64,000 nucleotides of DNA from Meiothermus sp. (GTDB lineage: Bacteria; Deinococcota; Deinococci; Deinococcales; Thermaceae): NCBI GenBank assembly GCA_033762915.1, contig JANRLD010000042.1, positions 32,001 through 96,000 of the forward strand, written 5' to 3'. The notes beneath the pieces are model-generated. The model did no database searches and was not told where the DNA came from. It was given only the letters and a program-made list of their open reading frames with translations. Positions 30,619 through 40,714 of the stretch are shown here, piece after piece (position 1 is the stretch's first letter; each line of letters starts with the position of its first letter). Made by a program: the position numbers and the translations under genes.

Positions 30619-31557
30619 ATGAACCCTTCCATCCCCAAAGCCCTAAGCAAATCTACGCCCGCACGGCGGCGTGGGTTTAAGTGGGACTCGCTCACGCCTT
30701 ATCTGTACCTTTTGCCGGCGCTGCTGACGATCGGGGTTTGGGTGTATGTGCCGGTGGCGCAGACCCTCGAGCTGTCGTTTTACCAGTGGAACCTGCTCCC
30801 CACCGCGCCCAAGGTGTTCGTGGGTTGGGAGAACTACGCCCAGCTTGTAAGCCTTCCCGAGGTGCGCCAGGCGCTGTGGAACACGCTGATCTACACGGTG
30901 GGGCTGCTGCCGCTGGCGGTGGTCATTCCGCTGGCAGTGGCCATCCTGACCGAGAACATCCAAGGCCGTGCCCGCAACGCCTACCGGGTGCTGATCTTCG
31001 TGCCGATGATCATGGCCCCGGTGGTGGTCTCGATCATCTGGCGCTGGCTGCTGAACCCCTTGCAGGGCGTGTTCAACCTGTGGCTGCAAGGGCTGGGCTT
31101 CGGGGCCATCAACTTCCTGCGCGACGAGAGCTGGGCCATCTGGACGATCATCTTCATCACCGGCTGGAAGCTGATCGGCTTCTCGACGCTGATCTTCTCG
31201 GCGGCAATTGCCAACGTGGATCGGAGTTATCTCGAGGCCGCCCGCCTCGACGGCGCGAGCGAGTGGCAGATCGTCCGCCGGGTCACCCTGCCCCTGATCT
31301 CCTCAACGGTGTTGTTCATCTCCATGCTCACGGTGCTGCTCTCGGCCCAGTGGAGCTTCGTCTACATCAACGTGCTGACCCAGGGCGGCCCCCGCAACGC
31401 CACCACCAACATCTACCACCTGCTCTGGGAGTACGGCTTCGGCTCTTTTGCCATCGGCTGGAGTTCGGCCGCTGCCATCCTCCTCTTCGTCGGCTTCGGG
31501 CTGCTGGCGTGGGGTTGCCTGCGGCTAATTCGGAAGTACGCGGTCTATGAGACCTGA
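30619..31557 (+). CDS. ABC permease (UgpA-like)
   Basis: TM segments, EAARLDGA, TQGGP. Confidence 0.92.
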   Translation: MNPSIPKALSKSTPARRRGFKWDSLTPYLYLLPALLTIGVWVYVPVAQTLELSFYQWNLLPTAPKVFVGWENYAQLVSLPEVRQALWNTLIYTVGLLPLAVVIPLAVAILTENIQGRARNAYRVLIFVPMIMAPVVVSIIWRWLLNPLQGVFNLWLQGLGFGAINFLRDESWAIWTIIFITGWKLIGFSTLIFSAAIANVDRSYLEAARLDGASEWQIVRRVTLPLISSTVLFISMLTVLLSAQWSFVYINVLTQGGPRNATTNIYHLLWEYGFGSFAIGWSSAAAILLFVGFGLLAWGCLRLIRKYAVYET

Positions 31558-31613
31558 CCCGTTCTTCGCGGAGGCGGCGCTCGTGTGCCCCCCGTGTCGG
31601 CGCCGGACCCTTA

Positions 31614-31717
31614 CAGCGGTTCCCACCATTAAGCCTCACGCGGTGATGCGCTGAAGCGGGCGTAATGTACCCTGCACATCCGAGTTTCTGCGTGCGTGGT
31701 ATTCGTGGGAACCGCTG
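31614..31717. mobile_element. MITE family 1 with perfect 13-bp TIRs
   Basis: CAGCGGTTCCCAC / GTGGGAACCGCTG flanked by TTA on both sides. Confidence 0.9.
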
Positions 31718-31863
31718 TTAGTTGGGGAGGAAGATCGAGTTCGACTGGGCCAGGCGGTTTGTTGTGCCGCTTAGCGCCACAGGGCGAGCACACTTGCATC
31801 GCCCTGCCACAGGTGTTCTTCGCGCCGGCGCACTCTTTGCCGGAGCTCGTTGGAAAGGCAGAC

Positions 31864-32715
31864 ATGACTTCTAAACCGAACCTCGAGCCGCCCCCCAGGC
31901 CCCGCCGGAGTTGGCTGGACTTGCTCCCTGGGCACACGTTGCTGATTGCGCTGAGCTTCCTGGCGGTGTTCCCCGTTTACTGGATGGTAGTCACGTCGCT
32001 CAGGCCGACCAACGACATCTTCAACACGGCGCTGGTCCCACTCGCGCCCACCCTCGAGCACTACCGGACGGTGCTCGAGTCCATCCCCATGCCACGGATG
32101 CTCTGGAACACGCTGCTGATGTCGCTGCTCATCACCGTGTCTCAGGTTCTGACCGCGCTGCTGGCGGCCTACGCCTTCGCCCGCTGGACTTTCCCCGGCG
32201 ACAAGCTGATCTTCGCCCTCTTCGCCCTGACCTGGCTGGTGCCCTTTCAGGTCACGATGATTCCCAACTACGTCCTGATTGCCAACCTTAACTGGTTGGA
32301 CACCATGGCTGCGCTGGTGGTGCCACAGATCGCCTCGGCCTTTGCGGTGCTGTTGCTGTACCAGAACGTAAAGGCGTTCCCCCAGGAGTTGATCGACGCG
32401 GCGCGGATAGACGGCGCGGGACACTGGGCGATCTTGTGGCGGGTGGTCACGCCGAACCTCCGCTCCTCGCTCGCTGCCCTGACCATCCTCCTCTTCATCG
32501 GGGCCTGGAACGAGTACCTCTGGCCGCTGCTGGTGACGCGCAATATGGACAACGCCGTGGTGCAGATTGGCCTGCAGATGTTCCTGACCCAGGAGGGCGA
32601 CCAGTGGGGGCCGTTGATGGCGGCGGCTACGCTGGCGAGTATGCCGATTCTGCTCTTGTACATGGCGCTGCAAAAACAGATCGTCGAGGCGTTCATGAAA
32701 TCGGGGCTGAGATGA
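31864..32715 (+). CDS. ABC permease (UgpE-like)
   Basis: DAARIDGA, WNEYLWPL; start at ATG 31864. Confidence 0.92.
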   Translation: MTSKPNLEPPPRPRRSWLDLLPGHTLLIALSFLAVFPVYWMVVTSLRPTNDIFNTALVPLAPTLEHYRTVLESIPMPRMLWNTLLMSLLITVSQVLTALLAAYAFARWTFPGDKLIFALFALTWLVPFQVTMIPNYVLIANLNWLDTMAALVVPQIASAFAVLLLYQNVKAFPQELIDAARIDGAGHWAILWRVVTPNLRSSLAALTILLFIGAWNEYLWPLLVTRNMDNAVVQIGLQMFLTQEGDQWGPLMAAATLASMPILLLYMALQKQIVEAFMKSGLR

Positions 32716-32842
32716 GCAATCTGTGCAGCAGGCGGGCAGTGAGCCAGAAAGCGTAACGACACATCGCACGAGCAAAACCCCAACGCCACGGGCTGCATGC
32801 CGTCCGGCTTGGGCCGTTGATGCTGAGACGCAGGAGGACCCC

Positions 32843-33589
32843 ATGACCAAGACCCCCGCCCGCCACCTGCCCCTCGAGGGCAGCTTCAACATCCGCGACC
32901 TCGGCGGATACCACACCGCCGATGGTCAGACCACCCTCTGGGGCAAGGTCTTCCGCGCCGACAGCCTGCACCGCCTCACCGCAGACTCGCAGGCGCTGCT
33001 GCTCAAGCAGGGCATCCGCACGGTGGTTGACCTGCGCCACGCCTCCGAACTCGAGGCCGCCCCCAACCCCTTCGCCGATCACCCAGAGGTGCGCTACCTG
33101 CACGTCTCGCTGTTCGAGCCGCTGTACCGGGGCGGGAGCCTGGGCGGCGGGAATCGGGCGGGGCTCGAGCTGACCGAGCTGTACCGGCTCGCGCTGGAGC
33201 ACGCCCGGGACCCCATCGCCAGGGTGCTGACAGTCATCGCGGAGTCCGACGCGCCGGTGCTGTTCCACTGCACGGCGGGCAAGGATCGCACCGGGCTGAT
33301 CGCCGCACTGACCCTGGCGGCCGTGGGCGTGGAGTCCGACACCATCGTGACGGACTACGCCCTCACCGGCGAGTACGCCAGGCCGCTGATGGCCCACCTC
33401 GAGGCCGAGGCCCAAGCCAAGGGACACGACCTTGGCCAGTACAGGAAGCTCCTGCTCTCCGAGCCGGAGTTCATGCAGAAGACCCTCGAGCACCTCGAGG
33501 CCGCCCACGGCAGCCCTAGAGCCTACCTCGAGGCGATTGGCCTGTCCGAGGAGACCTTGGCAGGCCTGCGGCAGCAGCTGCTGAGTTGA
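32843..33589 (+). CDS. Cys-dependent tyrosine-phosphatase family protein (Y_phosphatase3/PtpB-like)
   Basis: FNIRDLGGY and FHCTAGKDRTG (CX5R); AGGAGG RBS. Confidence 0.92.
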   Translation: MTKTPARHLPLEGSFNIRDLGGYHTADGQTTLWGKVFRADSLHRLTADSQALLLKQGIRTVVDLRHASELEAAPNPFADHPEVRYLHVSLFEPLYRGGSLGGGNRAGLELTELYRLALEHARDPIARVLTVIAESDAPVLFHCTAGKDRTGLIAALTLAAVGVESDTIVTDYALTGEYARPLMAHLEAEAQAKGHDLGQYRKLLLSEPEFMQKTLEHLEAAHGSPRAYLEAIGLSEETLAGLRQQLLS

Positions 33590-33697
33590 CGCCCGCGCTC
33601 CGCACCCCTGCGGGCTCACAGCGCTTGGCGCCTTTTGGGCGCAGGTCGTCTCGAGGGGCTTTGTCCGTATGACTTCATGGAAGTGTCGCCCGGACAT

Positions 33698-33728
33698 TGA
33701 CCCATCGCTGACGGCGGGAAACTATCGT
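33698..33728 (+). promoter_or_regulatory. Pho-box-like promoter motif
   Basis: TGACC-N6-TGACG-N9-TATCGT upstream of phnC. Confidence 0.75.
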
Positions 33729-33752
33729 CGGCCCGGGAGCAGTGAGGCCATC

Positions 33753-34529
33753 ATGATTCGTCTCGAACAGGTCACCCAGCAGTTCCCCAACGGCACCCGA
33801 GCGCTGCGAGACGTGACGCTGGAGGTGGACAGCCAGCACTTCACCGTGCTGATCGGCCCCTCGGGAGCGGGCAAGTCCACCTTGATGCGGGTCTTGAACG
33901 GGCTGATCCGGCCCACTGCAGGCCGGGTCTGGATCGGCGAGACCGAGATCACCAAGGCCTCCAGCGCCCAGGTGCGGCTGGCCCGGCGGCAGATCGGGAT
34001 GGTGTTCCAGCAGTTCAACTTGGTTAAGCGCCTGACCGCGCTGGACAACGTGCTGCTGGGTCGGCTGGGCTACCGCCCGACCTGGCGCAGCCTCTTCCGT
34101 GCCTTCGAGAGGTCCGAACTCGAGTTCGCCCTGCACCTCCTCGACCGGGTGGGGATGGCTGACTACGCCTGGCAGCGGGCCGACACCCTCTCGGGCGGGC
34201 AGCAGCAGCGGGTGGGCATCGCCCGCGCGCTGGCCCAGCGGCCCAGGCTGATCCTGGCCGACGAGCCCATCTCGGCCCTCGACCCCAAGTCCTCGGAGCA
34301 GGTGATGGAGATTCTGCGCTCGATCCACGCCCAGGACGGCATAAGCGTGGTGGCGAACCTGCACTTCCTGGGCACGGTGCGCGAGTACGCGGGGCGGGTG
34401 ATCGGTCTGAAAGCGGGCGCGGTGATGTTTGACGGCGGGGTGAGCGACCTGACCGATGCGGCGGTGCGCGACCTCTACTACGGCTCTGCCGAGCACGAGG
34501 AGTTCAGGCCCCAGTTGCAGGTGGCTTGA
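33753..34529 (+). CDS. phnC: Phosphonate-type ABC transporter ATP-binding protein (copy 1)
   Basis: GPSGAGKST, IGMVFQQFNLV, LSGGQQQRV, LADEPISALDP. Confidence 0.92.
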   Translation: MIRLEQVTQQFPNGTRALRDVTLEVDSQHFTVLIGPSGAGKSTLMRVLNGLIRPTAGRVWIGETEITKASSAQVRLARRQIGMVFQQFNLVKRLTALDNVLLGRLGYRPTWRSLFRAFERSELEFALHLLDRVGMADYAWQRADTLSGGQQQRVGIARALAQRPRLILADEPISALDPKSSEQVMEILRSIHAQDGISVVANLHFLGTVREYAGRVIGLKAGAVMFDGGVSDLTDAAVRDLYYGSAEHEEFRPQLQVA

Positions 34530-34545
34530 GTTTAGGAGGAGTAGC

Positions 34546-35412
34546 GTGAAAAAGTTTTTTGCTTTGGTGGCATCGCTGGTGGCCGCACTGGGCATGGCGC
34601 AGAGCAACCCCTCGGGCTGCCCCGCCGAGGTTCGCTTCGGGATTTTGCCTTCCGAGGAGTCTACCGTTCAGGCCCGCTACGAGCCGCTGTTCCAGTACCT
34701 GCAGCAGCAGACCGGCAGCCGCTTCCGCTTCACCATCGGGGCCGACTACGCCGCCATCATCGTAGCAATGGCCAACAACCGCCTCGAGCTGGCCTGGTTC
34801 GGGCCGGAGTCCTACGTGCAGGCCACCAAGCAGACCAGGGTGGTTCCGCTGGTCATTGCCGACAACGTCAACACTGGTCTGGGCTACCTCAGCAGCCTGT
34901 TCGTCCGCGCCGACTCGCCCTACCGCACCCTCGACGACCTCAAGGGCAAGACCCTGGCCTTCGTAGACCCCAACTCCACCAGCGGCTACCTGATCCCCCT
35001 GGTCTACTTCCTGCGCGAGGCCAAGGTGCGCCCCGAGCAACACTTCTCCCAAGTGGTTTTTGCGGGCAATCACAACAGCGCCCTGCTGACCCTGGTCAAC
35101 AGGCGCGTAGACGCCGCCACCATCGCCAGCGGCACCATCACCAACGCCATTAAAAACGGCTCGCTAAAGGAAGGCGAACTGCGGGCCATCTGGACGTCCA
35201 AGCAGATCCCCAACAGCCCCATCACCGCCAACGCCAACCTCGCCTCCTCCTGCCGCGCCGCCATCCAGCGGGCCTTCCTCAACCTGCGCGACCCCAAGGT
35301 GCTCGAGGGCTTTCAGGCCCGGCGCTTCGTTATCGTCTCGGACAACTACTACGCCCCCGTCCGCGAGGCGGGCCGCGTTCGCGACGAGCTGCAGCGGGCA
35401 GCGAACAGGTAA
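34546..35412 (+). CDS. phnD: Phosphate/phosphite/phosphonate ABC substrate-binding protein (copy 1)
   Basis: ADYAA, FVDPNSTSGY, FAGNH; GTG start after AGGAGG. Confidence 0.9.
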   Translation: MKKFFALVASLVAALGMAQSNPSGCPAEVRFGILPSEESTVQARYEPLFQYLQQQTGSRFRFTIGADYAAIIVAMANNRLELAWFGPESYVQATKQTRVVPLVIADNVNTGLGYLSSLFVRADSPYRTLDDLKGKTLAFVDPNSTSGYLIPLVYFLREAKVRPEQHFSQVVFAGNHNSALLTLVNRRVDAATIASGTITNAIKNGSLKEGELRAIWTSKQIPNSPITANANLASSCRAAIQRAFLNLRDPKVLEGFQARRFVIVSDNYYAPVREAGRVRDELQRAANR

Positions 35413-35558
35413 AAGCAGATAGAGGCGGCGAAGAGCAGCGAAAAGATGCGAAACAAAAAGAACAGGCTCTGGCCTGACCTTCCGATTCTGTTCGCCTTTG
35501 CCGGCCGTTACCCAAATCCTTCTTCCTACTTACCCTTTCCTCAACTCCTTATCACACC

Positions 35559-36389
35559 ATGACCCAATCCCCGCTCCGCCCCCTATCCACCGACCCGCCG
35601 CCCTCGGTGCTGATTACCAGGCGCTGGAACAACCTTGCGCTTGGGCTGGTGCTGCTGGCCCTGGTCGCTAGCTACCCGCTGACCGAGATTAGCCCCGGAG
35701 GGCTGTTATCGGGCATCGGGGACTCGGTGCGGTTCGTTTTCGGGTCACCCGACCGTCCCAACTCGGGGTTCTTCCCGCCGGACTTCTCGAGGTGGGAAAC
35801 CTACACCGTCCAGATGCTCATCACGGTGGCGATGGGGCTGTGGGGTACAGTGCTGTCGCTGGTGCTGGCGGTTCCGCTGTCCTTCATGGGGGCGCAGAAC
35901 GTTGCGCCGAGGTGGCTCTACAACCTGACCCGCCCGGTTCTGGACTTCCTGCGCGGACTGCCCGATCTGATCCTGGCCCTGATCTTCGTGGCCGCGCTGG
36001 GTCTGGGGCCGTTTCCCGGCATCATGGCGCTGGCTTTCAGCACGGCGGGAAGCCTGGCGAAGCTGCTCTCCGAGGCCATCGAGGCCGTTGACCCGGGGCA
36101 GATCGAGGCCGTCAAGGCCACGGGGGCCTCGCCGCTGCTGGTCCTGCTCTATGGCTACTGGCCGCAGATCCTGCCGCTGTTTACCTCGTACACGCTGTAC
36201 CGCTTCGAGGTCAACGTGCGGGCTGCGACCTTCCTCGGCATCGTGGGCGCGGGCGGCATCGGCTTCTACCTTCAAGAGGCCATGCGCGGCTTCGACTTCC
36301 GCTCGACCTGCGCCCTGATCATCATCATCTTGGTGACCGTGCGCCTGGTGGACTGGGGCTCGGCGAGGCTGCGGGCGCGGATCATCTGA
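35559..36389 (+). CDS. phnE: Phosphonate ABC permease (copy 1)
   Basis: GLGPFPG, KLLSEAIE, YRFEVNVRAAT.LG.VGAGGIG. Confidence 0.93.
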   Translation: MTQSPLRPLSTDPPPSVLITRRWNNLALGLVLLALVASYPLTEISPGGLLSGIGDSVRFVFGSPDRPNSGFFPPDFSRWETYTVQMLITVAMGLWGTVLSLVLAVPLSFMGAQNVAPRWLYNLTRPVLDFLRGLPDLILALIFVAALGLGPFPGIMALAFSTAGSLAKLLSEAIEAVDPGQIEAVKATGASPLLVLLYGYWPQILPLFTSYTLYRFEVNVRAATFLGIVGAGGIGFYLQEAMRGFDFRSTCALIIIILVTVRLVDWGSARLRARII

Positions 36390-36575
36390 CATGGTTGCGC
36401 GAACACCCATCTCTCTTATAAGGCCGGCGCTCCGTGCACGGCCGTACAGGCCCACAGCGCGGGTCACGTTAAAGACGCCTTTTTGGTATAGGCCAAGCCC
36501 TTGTGATTGGCCCTACGAAGAACCGGATCCCTTGACCTCGGTCCCTAGACCTACGCCCCCCTACCCTCGACCCCT

Positions 36576-37724
36576 ATGTGGCTAACCAACCTCAAAGCCG
36601 TTCTGCCCGACCAAACCCTCGAGTCCGCCTCGGTGCGCCTTGAGGACGGCTACATTGCCGAAATCCGTGAGGGAAAGCTGGAGGGCACCGACTGCCAGGG
36701 CCTGACCCTGATACCGGGCATCGTGGATCTGCACGGCGACATGCTCGAGCGCGAGATCGAGCCGCGCCCCGGCGCCGAGTTCCCGGTCCCGGTAGCGATG
36801 ATGGAGCTCGACAAACGGCTTGCCGCAGCGGGCGTGACCACGGCCTTCGCCGCCATCAGCTTTTCCGAGGCCAAGTCCACCAAAACCTTGCGCTCGGAGG
36901 AGCGGGCCAGGGGTATCATCAGGGCCATCCACGAAGGACGCGGGGGGATGCGGGTGGACTGGCGGGTGCACGCCCGCTTCGAGGTGACCAACCACGGCGC
37001 GCCGCCGGTGCTGCGTGACTTGATTGCCGCTCGAGACGTCCACCTGGTCTCACTCACCGACCACACGCCGGGGCAGGGCCAGTACCGCGACCTCGAGCGT
37101 TTCGTGGACTTCATGGCCAGGTGGCGCGAGGTCTCGAGGGAGGACGCGCAGGTGCGGGTAAAGGAGCGCATCCAGCGCACTCAGGAGGCCCCCCCGAGCT
37201 GGCCGGTGATTCGCGACGTGACCGCGCTGGCCCGGGAGCACCACATCCCGCTGGCCTCGCACGACGACGACACCCTCGAGAAAGTAGACCTTATGGCCGA
37301 TCTCGGCACCACCATCAGCGAGTTCCCGGTAGACGTGATCGCGGCCAGAGAGGCCAGGCGGCGCGGCATGTGGGTGGCGATGGGGGCCCCCAACGCGCTG
37401 CGCGGCGGCTCGCACTCGGGCAACGTGGGGGCGGCGGAGCTGCTGGACTTGGGCCTGCTCGACCTGTTGATGTCCGACTACGCGGCGGGCGCGCTGCTGC
37501 AAGCCGCCTACGCCTTACACCGCAGGCGCGGCCTGCCGCTGCATAGGGCCGCCGCCCTGGTCACGGCCAACCCCGCCCAGGCCGTGGGGCTGCGCGACCA
37601 GGGGTCGCTGGCTGCGGGGATGCGGGCGGACTTGGTGCTGGTGGAGGAGCTCGAGTACCCTCGCGTACGCACCACCCTTCGCGAGGGCCGCAAGATTTAC
37701 AGCGACGGCACCCTGAGCGTCTGA
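36576..37724 (+). CDS. phnM: Alpha-D-ribose 1-methylphosphonate 5-triphosphate diphosphatase (copy 1)
   Basis: PGIVDLHGD.LE, DHTPGQGQ, ASHDD, SEFP, MGAPN..RGGSHSGN. Confidence 0.93.
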   Translation: MWLTNLKAVLPDQTLESASVRLEDGYIAEIREGKLEGTDCQGLTLIPGIVDLHGDMLEREIEPRPGAEFPVPVAMMELDKRLAAAGVTTAFAAISFSEAKSTKTLRSEERARGIIRAIHEGRGGMRVDWRVHARFEVTNHGAPPVLRDLIAARDVHLVSLTDHTPGQGQYRDLERFVDFMARWREVSREDAQVRVKERIQRTQEAPPSWPVIRDVTALAREHHIPLASHDDDTLEKVDLMADLGTTISEFPVDVIAAREARRRGMWVAMGAPNALRGGSHSGNVGAAELLDLGLLDLLMSDYAAGALLQAAYALHRRRGLPLHRAAALVTANPAQAVGLRDQGSLAAGMRADLVLVEELEYPRVRTTLREGRKIYSDGTLSV

Positions 37725-37809
37725 GAGCGGGTCCCCCGCACACCTACAGCGGTTTTTGCTGTAGGGAGTACATTGCCTGCCGCGAGGGAGGTCATGGTGG
37801 GAAACGCGA
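37725..37809. mobile_element. MITE family 1, subtype alpha (reverse orientation)
   Basis: GAGCGGGTCCCCC / GTGGGAAACGCGA flanked by TGA; left TGA is the phnM stop. Confidence 0.8.
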
Positions 37810-38075
37810 TGACAACTCCCCTGAGTGGAGGCTTGTTAAGCAAATCGTGCTTCGGTTAGCCGCGCTCGCTCGAGCAGAGTTCGGGCTGGGCGTAGCCTTC
37901 GGGCGGCGCTGGTTCGCGGCATCGGCTACGAGCGGGAGTATCTCGAGTGGCGTGTGGGTGACATCGCAGCTCGAACTCTCGCAAAACACCGGGTCGTGAT
38001 GGCTTCAGCCACGCGAAGTTATGCGCCCTGTGGGCACTTCAGATATGCCTGAGGTGGGGTGGCCTTGGTGTTGGT

Positions 38076-38498
38076 CTATCCGAGACCCAGCACCCAGACC
38101 CAGCCCTGCGCGACCTCTAGCCGCAGGGCCTGCAAGTCCTCATTGGCGATGCCCGCCTCGAGGCTGCCGTCTTTGGCCCAGAACCTCGAGCCGTGGCAGA
38201 AGCAAAACACCCGGTCAGGATCAGCATCGACGTGGCGCGCCTCGCAGCCGTTGTGGGGGCACTCGCGCAGGTAGCCCGACAGAAAGAAGTCGGCGGAGAC
38301 CTCGCGTACCCTCGAGGTCTTCTGGCTCGGCTTCGGTACCCGAATGACAGTTGCGGGTTTGCTCTGGAATTCGAACTCGATGCGACTCCAGAGGTCGGGA
38401 AATTGCTCGAGGTGGGCTACCGGCTGGGGCGCGGCAGGAACCGGACTCAGCCCCACGGCAGCCCCGAACATCGCCTTTAAGACTCTGCGTCGCCTCAC
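38076..38498 (-). CDS. Small Rieske [2Fe-2S] protein with Tat-like signal
   Basis: CPHNGC and CFCHGS motifs; RRRR N-terminus; GTG start after GGAGG. Confidence 0.85.
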   Translation of the reverse strand: MRRRRVLKAMFGAAVGLSPVPAAPQPVAHLEQFPDLWSRIEFEFQSKPATVIRVPKPSQKTSRVREVSADFFLSGYLRECPHNGCEARHVDADPDRVFCFCHGSRFWAKDGSLEAGIANEDLQALRLEVAQGWVWVLGLG

Positions 38499-38555
38499 AG
38501 TCCTCCAAATGGCATAGTGCCAAGGCATGCCTTGGCACTACGGAAAGGCCGAGGC

Positions 38556-40529
38556 CTAGCCTCCGATGATGCCGCCGTCGTTCTTTCGCACCGCCACCAC
38601 CGAGGGGCGGGGCACGCCGCGCCCGTCGGGCCAGAGGCTGACCGGCTTCTCGACGGTGCCGCCCTCGCCAGGGTGCTGGATGCCTGCGAAGAAGGCCCGG
38701 TCGTCCTGGGCAAAGATCGGGCCGCAGACCTCGGCCCCCTTGGGTGCGCTCATGAACTGGCGCACGAAGCCACGCTCGGGGCCTCGAGTGGACACCGCGA
38801 AGACCCCGTCGTTGCCCTTGACGTTGGAGTTCTCCATGCCGTCGGTGGCGATCCACATGTTGCCAGCGCGGTCGAAGGCGATGCAGTCGGGGGTGGCGAC
38901 CGGCGAAACCTTGGACTTGTCGAAGCCCGCGAAGTAGGTGCCGGCGTTAGCGGGGTCGCCGCAGACCATGAACATCGTCCAGCGGAACCTGGTGGCCGCC
39001 GCGTCGTTGCCCTCTTCCATCATCTCGATGATGTGGCCGTCGCGGTTGTCGGCCCTGGGGTTCATGGGGTCAACCTGGGCGGCAGTGCGGCGCGAGTTGT
39101 TGGTCATCACTGGGTAGACCATGCCGGTGACCGGGTTGCGCTCCACATCCTCGGGGCGATCCATCTTGGTCGCGCCCAGCAGGTCGGCGGCCTGGCGGGT
39201 CTTGATGCACACGTCGGCCTGGGTGCTAAAGCCGTTGGCGGCCGTCAGGGGGCCGTTGCCCTGAACCAGCGGTAGCCACTCGCCGCTGCCGTCGGGGTTG
39301 TACTTGGCTACGTAGAGGGTGCCCTCGTCCAAAAGGCTCATGTTGGCGGCGCGGTTTTGTGCGTTGAAGCGGCCACGGGTGACGAACTTATAGATGTAGT
39401 CGAAACGCTCGTCGTCCCCCATGTACATCACCACCCGGCCGTCGGCGGCCAGACTGGTCTCGGCGCCCTCGTGCTTGAAGCGGCCCAGCGCGGTGCGCTT
39501 CTTGGGGGTCATGGTGGGGTCAAAGGGGTCTATCTCGACGATGTAGCCGTGGCGGAAGGGCTCGTTGGGCTCCTTGGTGAGGTCGAAGCGGTCGTAGAAG
39601 TTTTCCCAGCGGCGGCCTGACTCTTTGGCGGTGAGGCCATAGCGGGCGTGAAGCGCCTTGATACCGGCGTCGGTCACCCCGTCATTGAAGGCGAAGTACT
39701 GATTGAAGTTCTCCTCAGCGGTGAGGATAGTGCCCCAGGGTGTGGTGCCGCCGGCGCAGTTGTTGAGCATTCCCACCACCCGCCTGCCGCTGGGGTCGGC
39801 CTTGGTCTGGAGCAGCGGGTGCCCGGCAGCGGGGCCGGTGATCTCCATCGGGGTGGTGGCGGTGATTCGGCGGTTGAATCGGGAGACCGGGATGAAGTTG
39901 GTCTCGCCGCTGCGCTCGCGGCGCACCTCCACAACCGTACCGCCGTGGGCGGCCAGTTCCACGTCCACCTGCTCCTTGGTGGGCTTGCCGGGGGTGTAGC
40001 CTGGGAACATCAACTCGGGGTTGGTGTACTCGTGGTTGCTCCACAGCAGGGCGCGGCGGGGGTCGGAAGAGCCGTAGGGTAGAGGCAGGTAGCTGATGTA
40101 GTCGCAATTGTAGCCGAAGGCGTTGGCCTGGTCGCGGGCATCCCAGTTGTTGATGTCGAACCGGCTGGCCCGGCCCACCGGGTCGCCCCAGCGGATCACC
40201 ACGTTGGAAGAGTAGCCCTCGGCCAGCATTAACCGGTCTTCGGTGGAGAGCTTGATGGGGTTGAACCCGATGGCCCCAGTGCGGGCCTGGGCCACTGCCT
40301 CGCTGAGGTAGCTCACGCCGGACACGGCCAGCAGCCCGGTGGCGGCGGTGCCCAGGAAGCCCCGGCGGCTGATGGCCTCCTGGATGATGTCGCGGGAGTA
40401 GGGGTTCTCGGTCTGGTTGAGGATCGGCTGGGCGCAGGCGTCGCCGCACTTCCAGTGGCAGGTTGCGGCACTGCGGCCCCCGCGAGGGGCCTGGTGGAAC
40501 AGGTCGGCGTTTTTCTCGAGTTCGATCAT
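38556..40529 (-). CDS. phoX: PhoX-family alkaline phosphatase (Tat-exported)
   Basis: SRRGFL Tat motif, NHEY, NNCAGG.TPWGT.LT.EEN, GRFKHE, TKMDRPED, IQHPGE. Confidence 0.93.
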   Translation of the reverse strand: MIELEKNADLFHQAPRGGRSAATCHWKCGDACAQPILNQTENPYSRDIIQEAISRRGFLGTAATGLLAVSGVSYLSEAVAQARTGAIGFNPIKLSTEDRLMLAEGYSSNVVIRWGDPVGRASRFDINNWDARDQANAFGYNCDYISYLPLPYGSSDPRRALLWSNHEYTNPELMFPGYTPGKPTKEQVDVELAAHGGTVVEVRRERSGETNFIPVSRFNRRITATTPMEITGPAAGHPLLQTKADPSGRRVVGMLNNCAGGTTPWGTILTAEENFNQYFAFNDGVTDAGIKALHARYGLTAKESGRRWENFYDRFDLTKEPNEPFRHGYIVEIDPFDPTMTPKKRTALGRFKHEGAETSLAADGRVVMYMGDDERFDYIYKFVTRGRFNAQNRAANMSLLDEGTLYVAKYNPDGSGEWLPLVQGNGPLTAANGFSTQADVCIKTRQAADLLGATKMDRPEDVERNPVTGMVYPVMTNNSRRTAAQVDPMNPRADNRDGHIIEMMEEGNDAAATRFRWTMFMVCGDPANAGTYFAGFDKSKVSPVATPDCIAFDRAGNMWIATDGMENSNVKGNDGVFAVSTRGPERGFVRQFMSAPKGAEVCGPIFAQDDRAFFAGIQHPGEGGTVEKPVSLWPDGRGVPRPSVVAVRKNDGGIIGG

Positions 40530-40584
40530 GACAGCTCTCCTCGGGAGTTTCTTGGTGAGAAAGAGTCTTGTTTCCCGTATGCAT

Positions 40585-40615
40585 AAACTAGATACCTGAA
40601 GTCAGCCGACTGTCA
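40585..40615 (-). promoter_or_regulatory. Pho-box-like promoter motif of phoX
   Basis: TGACA-N6-TGACT-N9-TAGTTT on the minus strand. Confidence 0.75.
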
Positions 40616-40714
40616 GAGGCTTATGGGGCCGGGACTGGATGCGACTTGCCGCCCGCTCCGTTGCTCGAGCAGGACATTAGACCCTGAGCTGACAGCCGAG
40701 GTATATAAACCTTC

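Noticed and set aside
36391..36585. 64-aa ORF between phnE and phnM
   Set aside because: No RBS, Pro/Arg-rich, overlaps repeat-like sequence; no family recognised.
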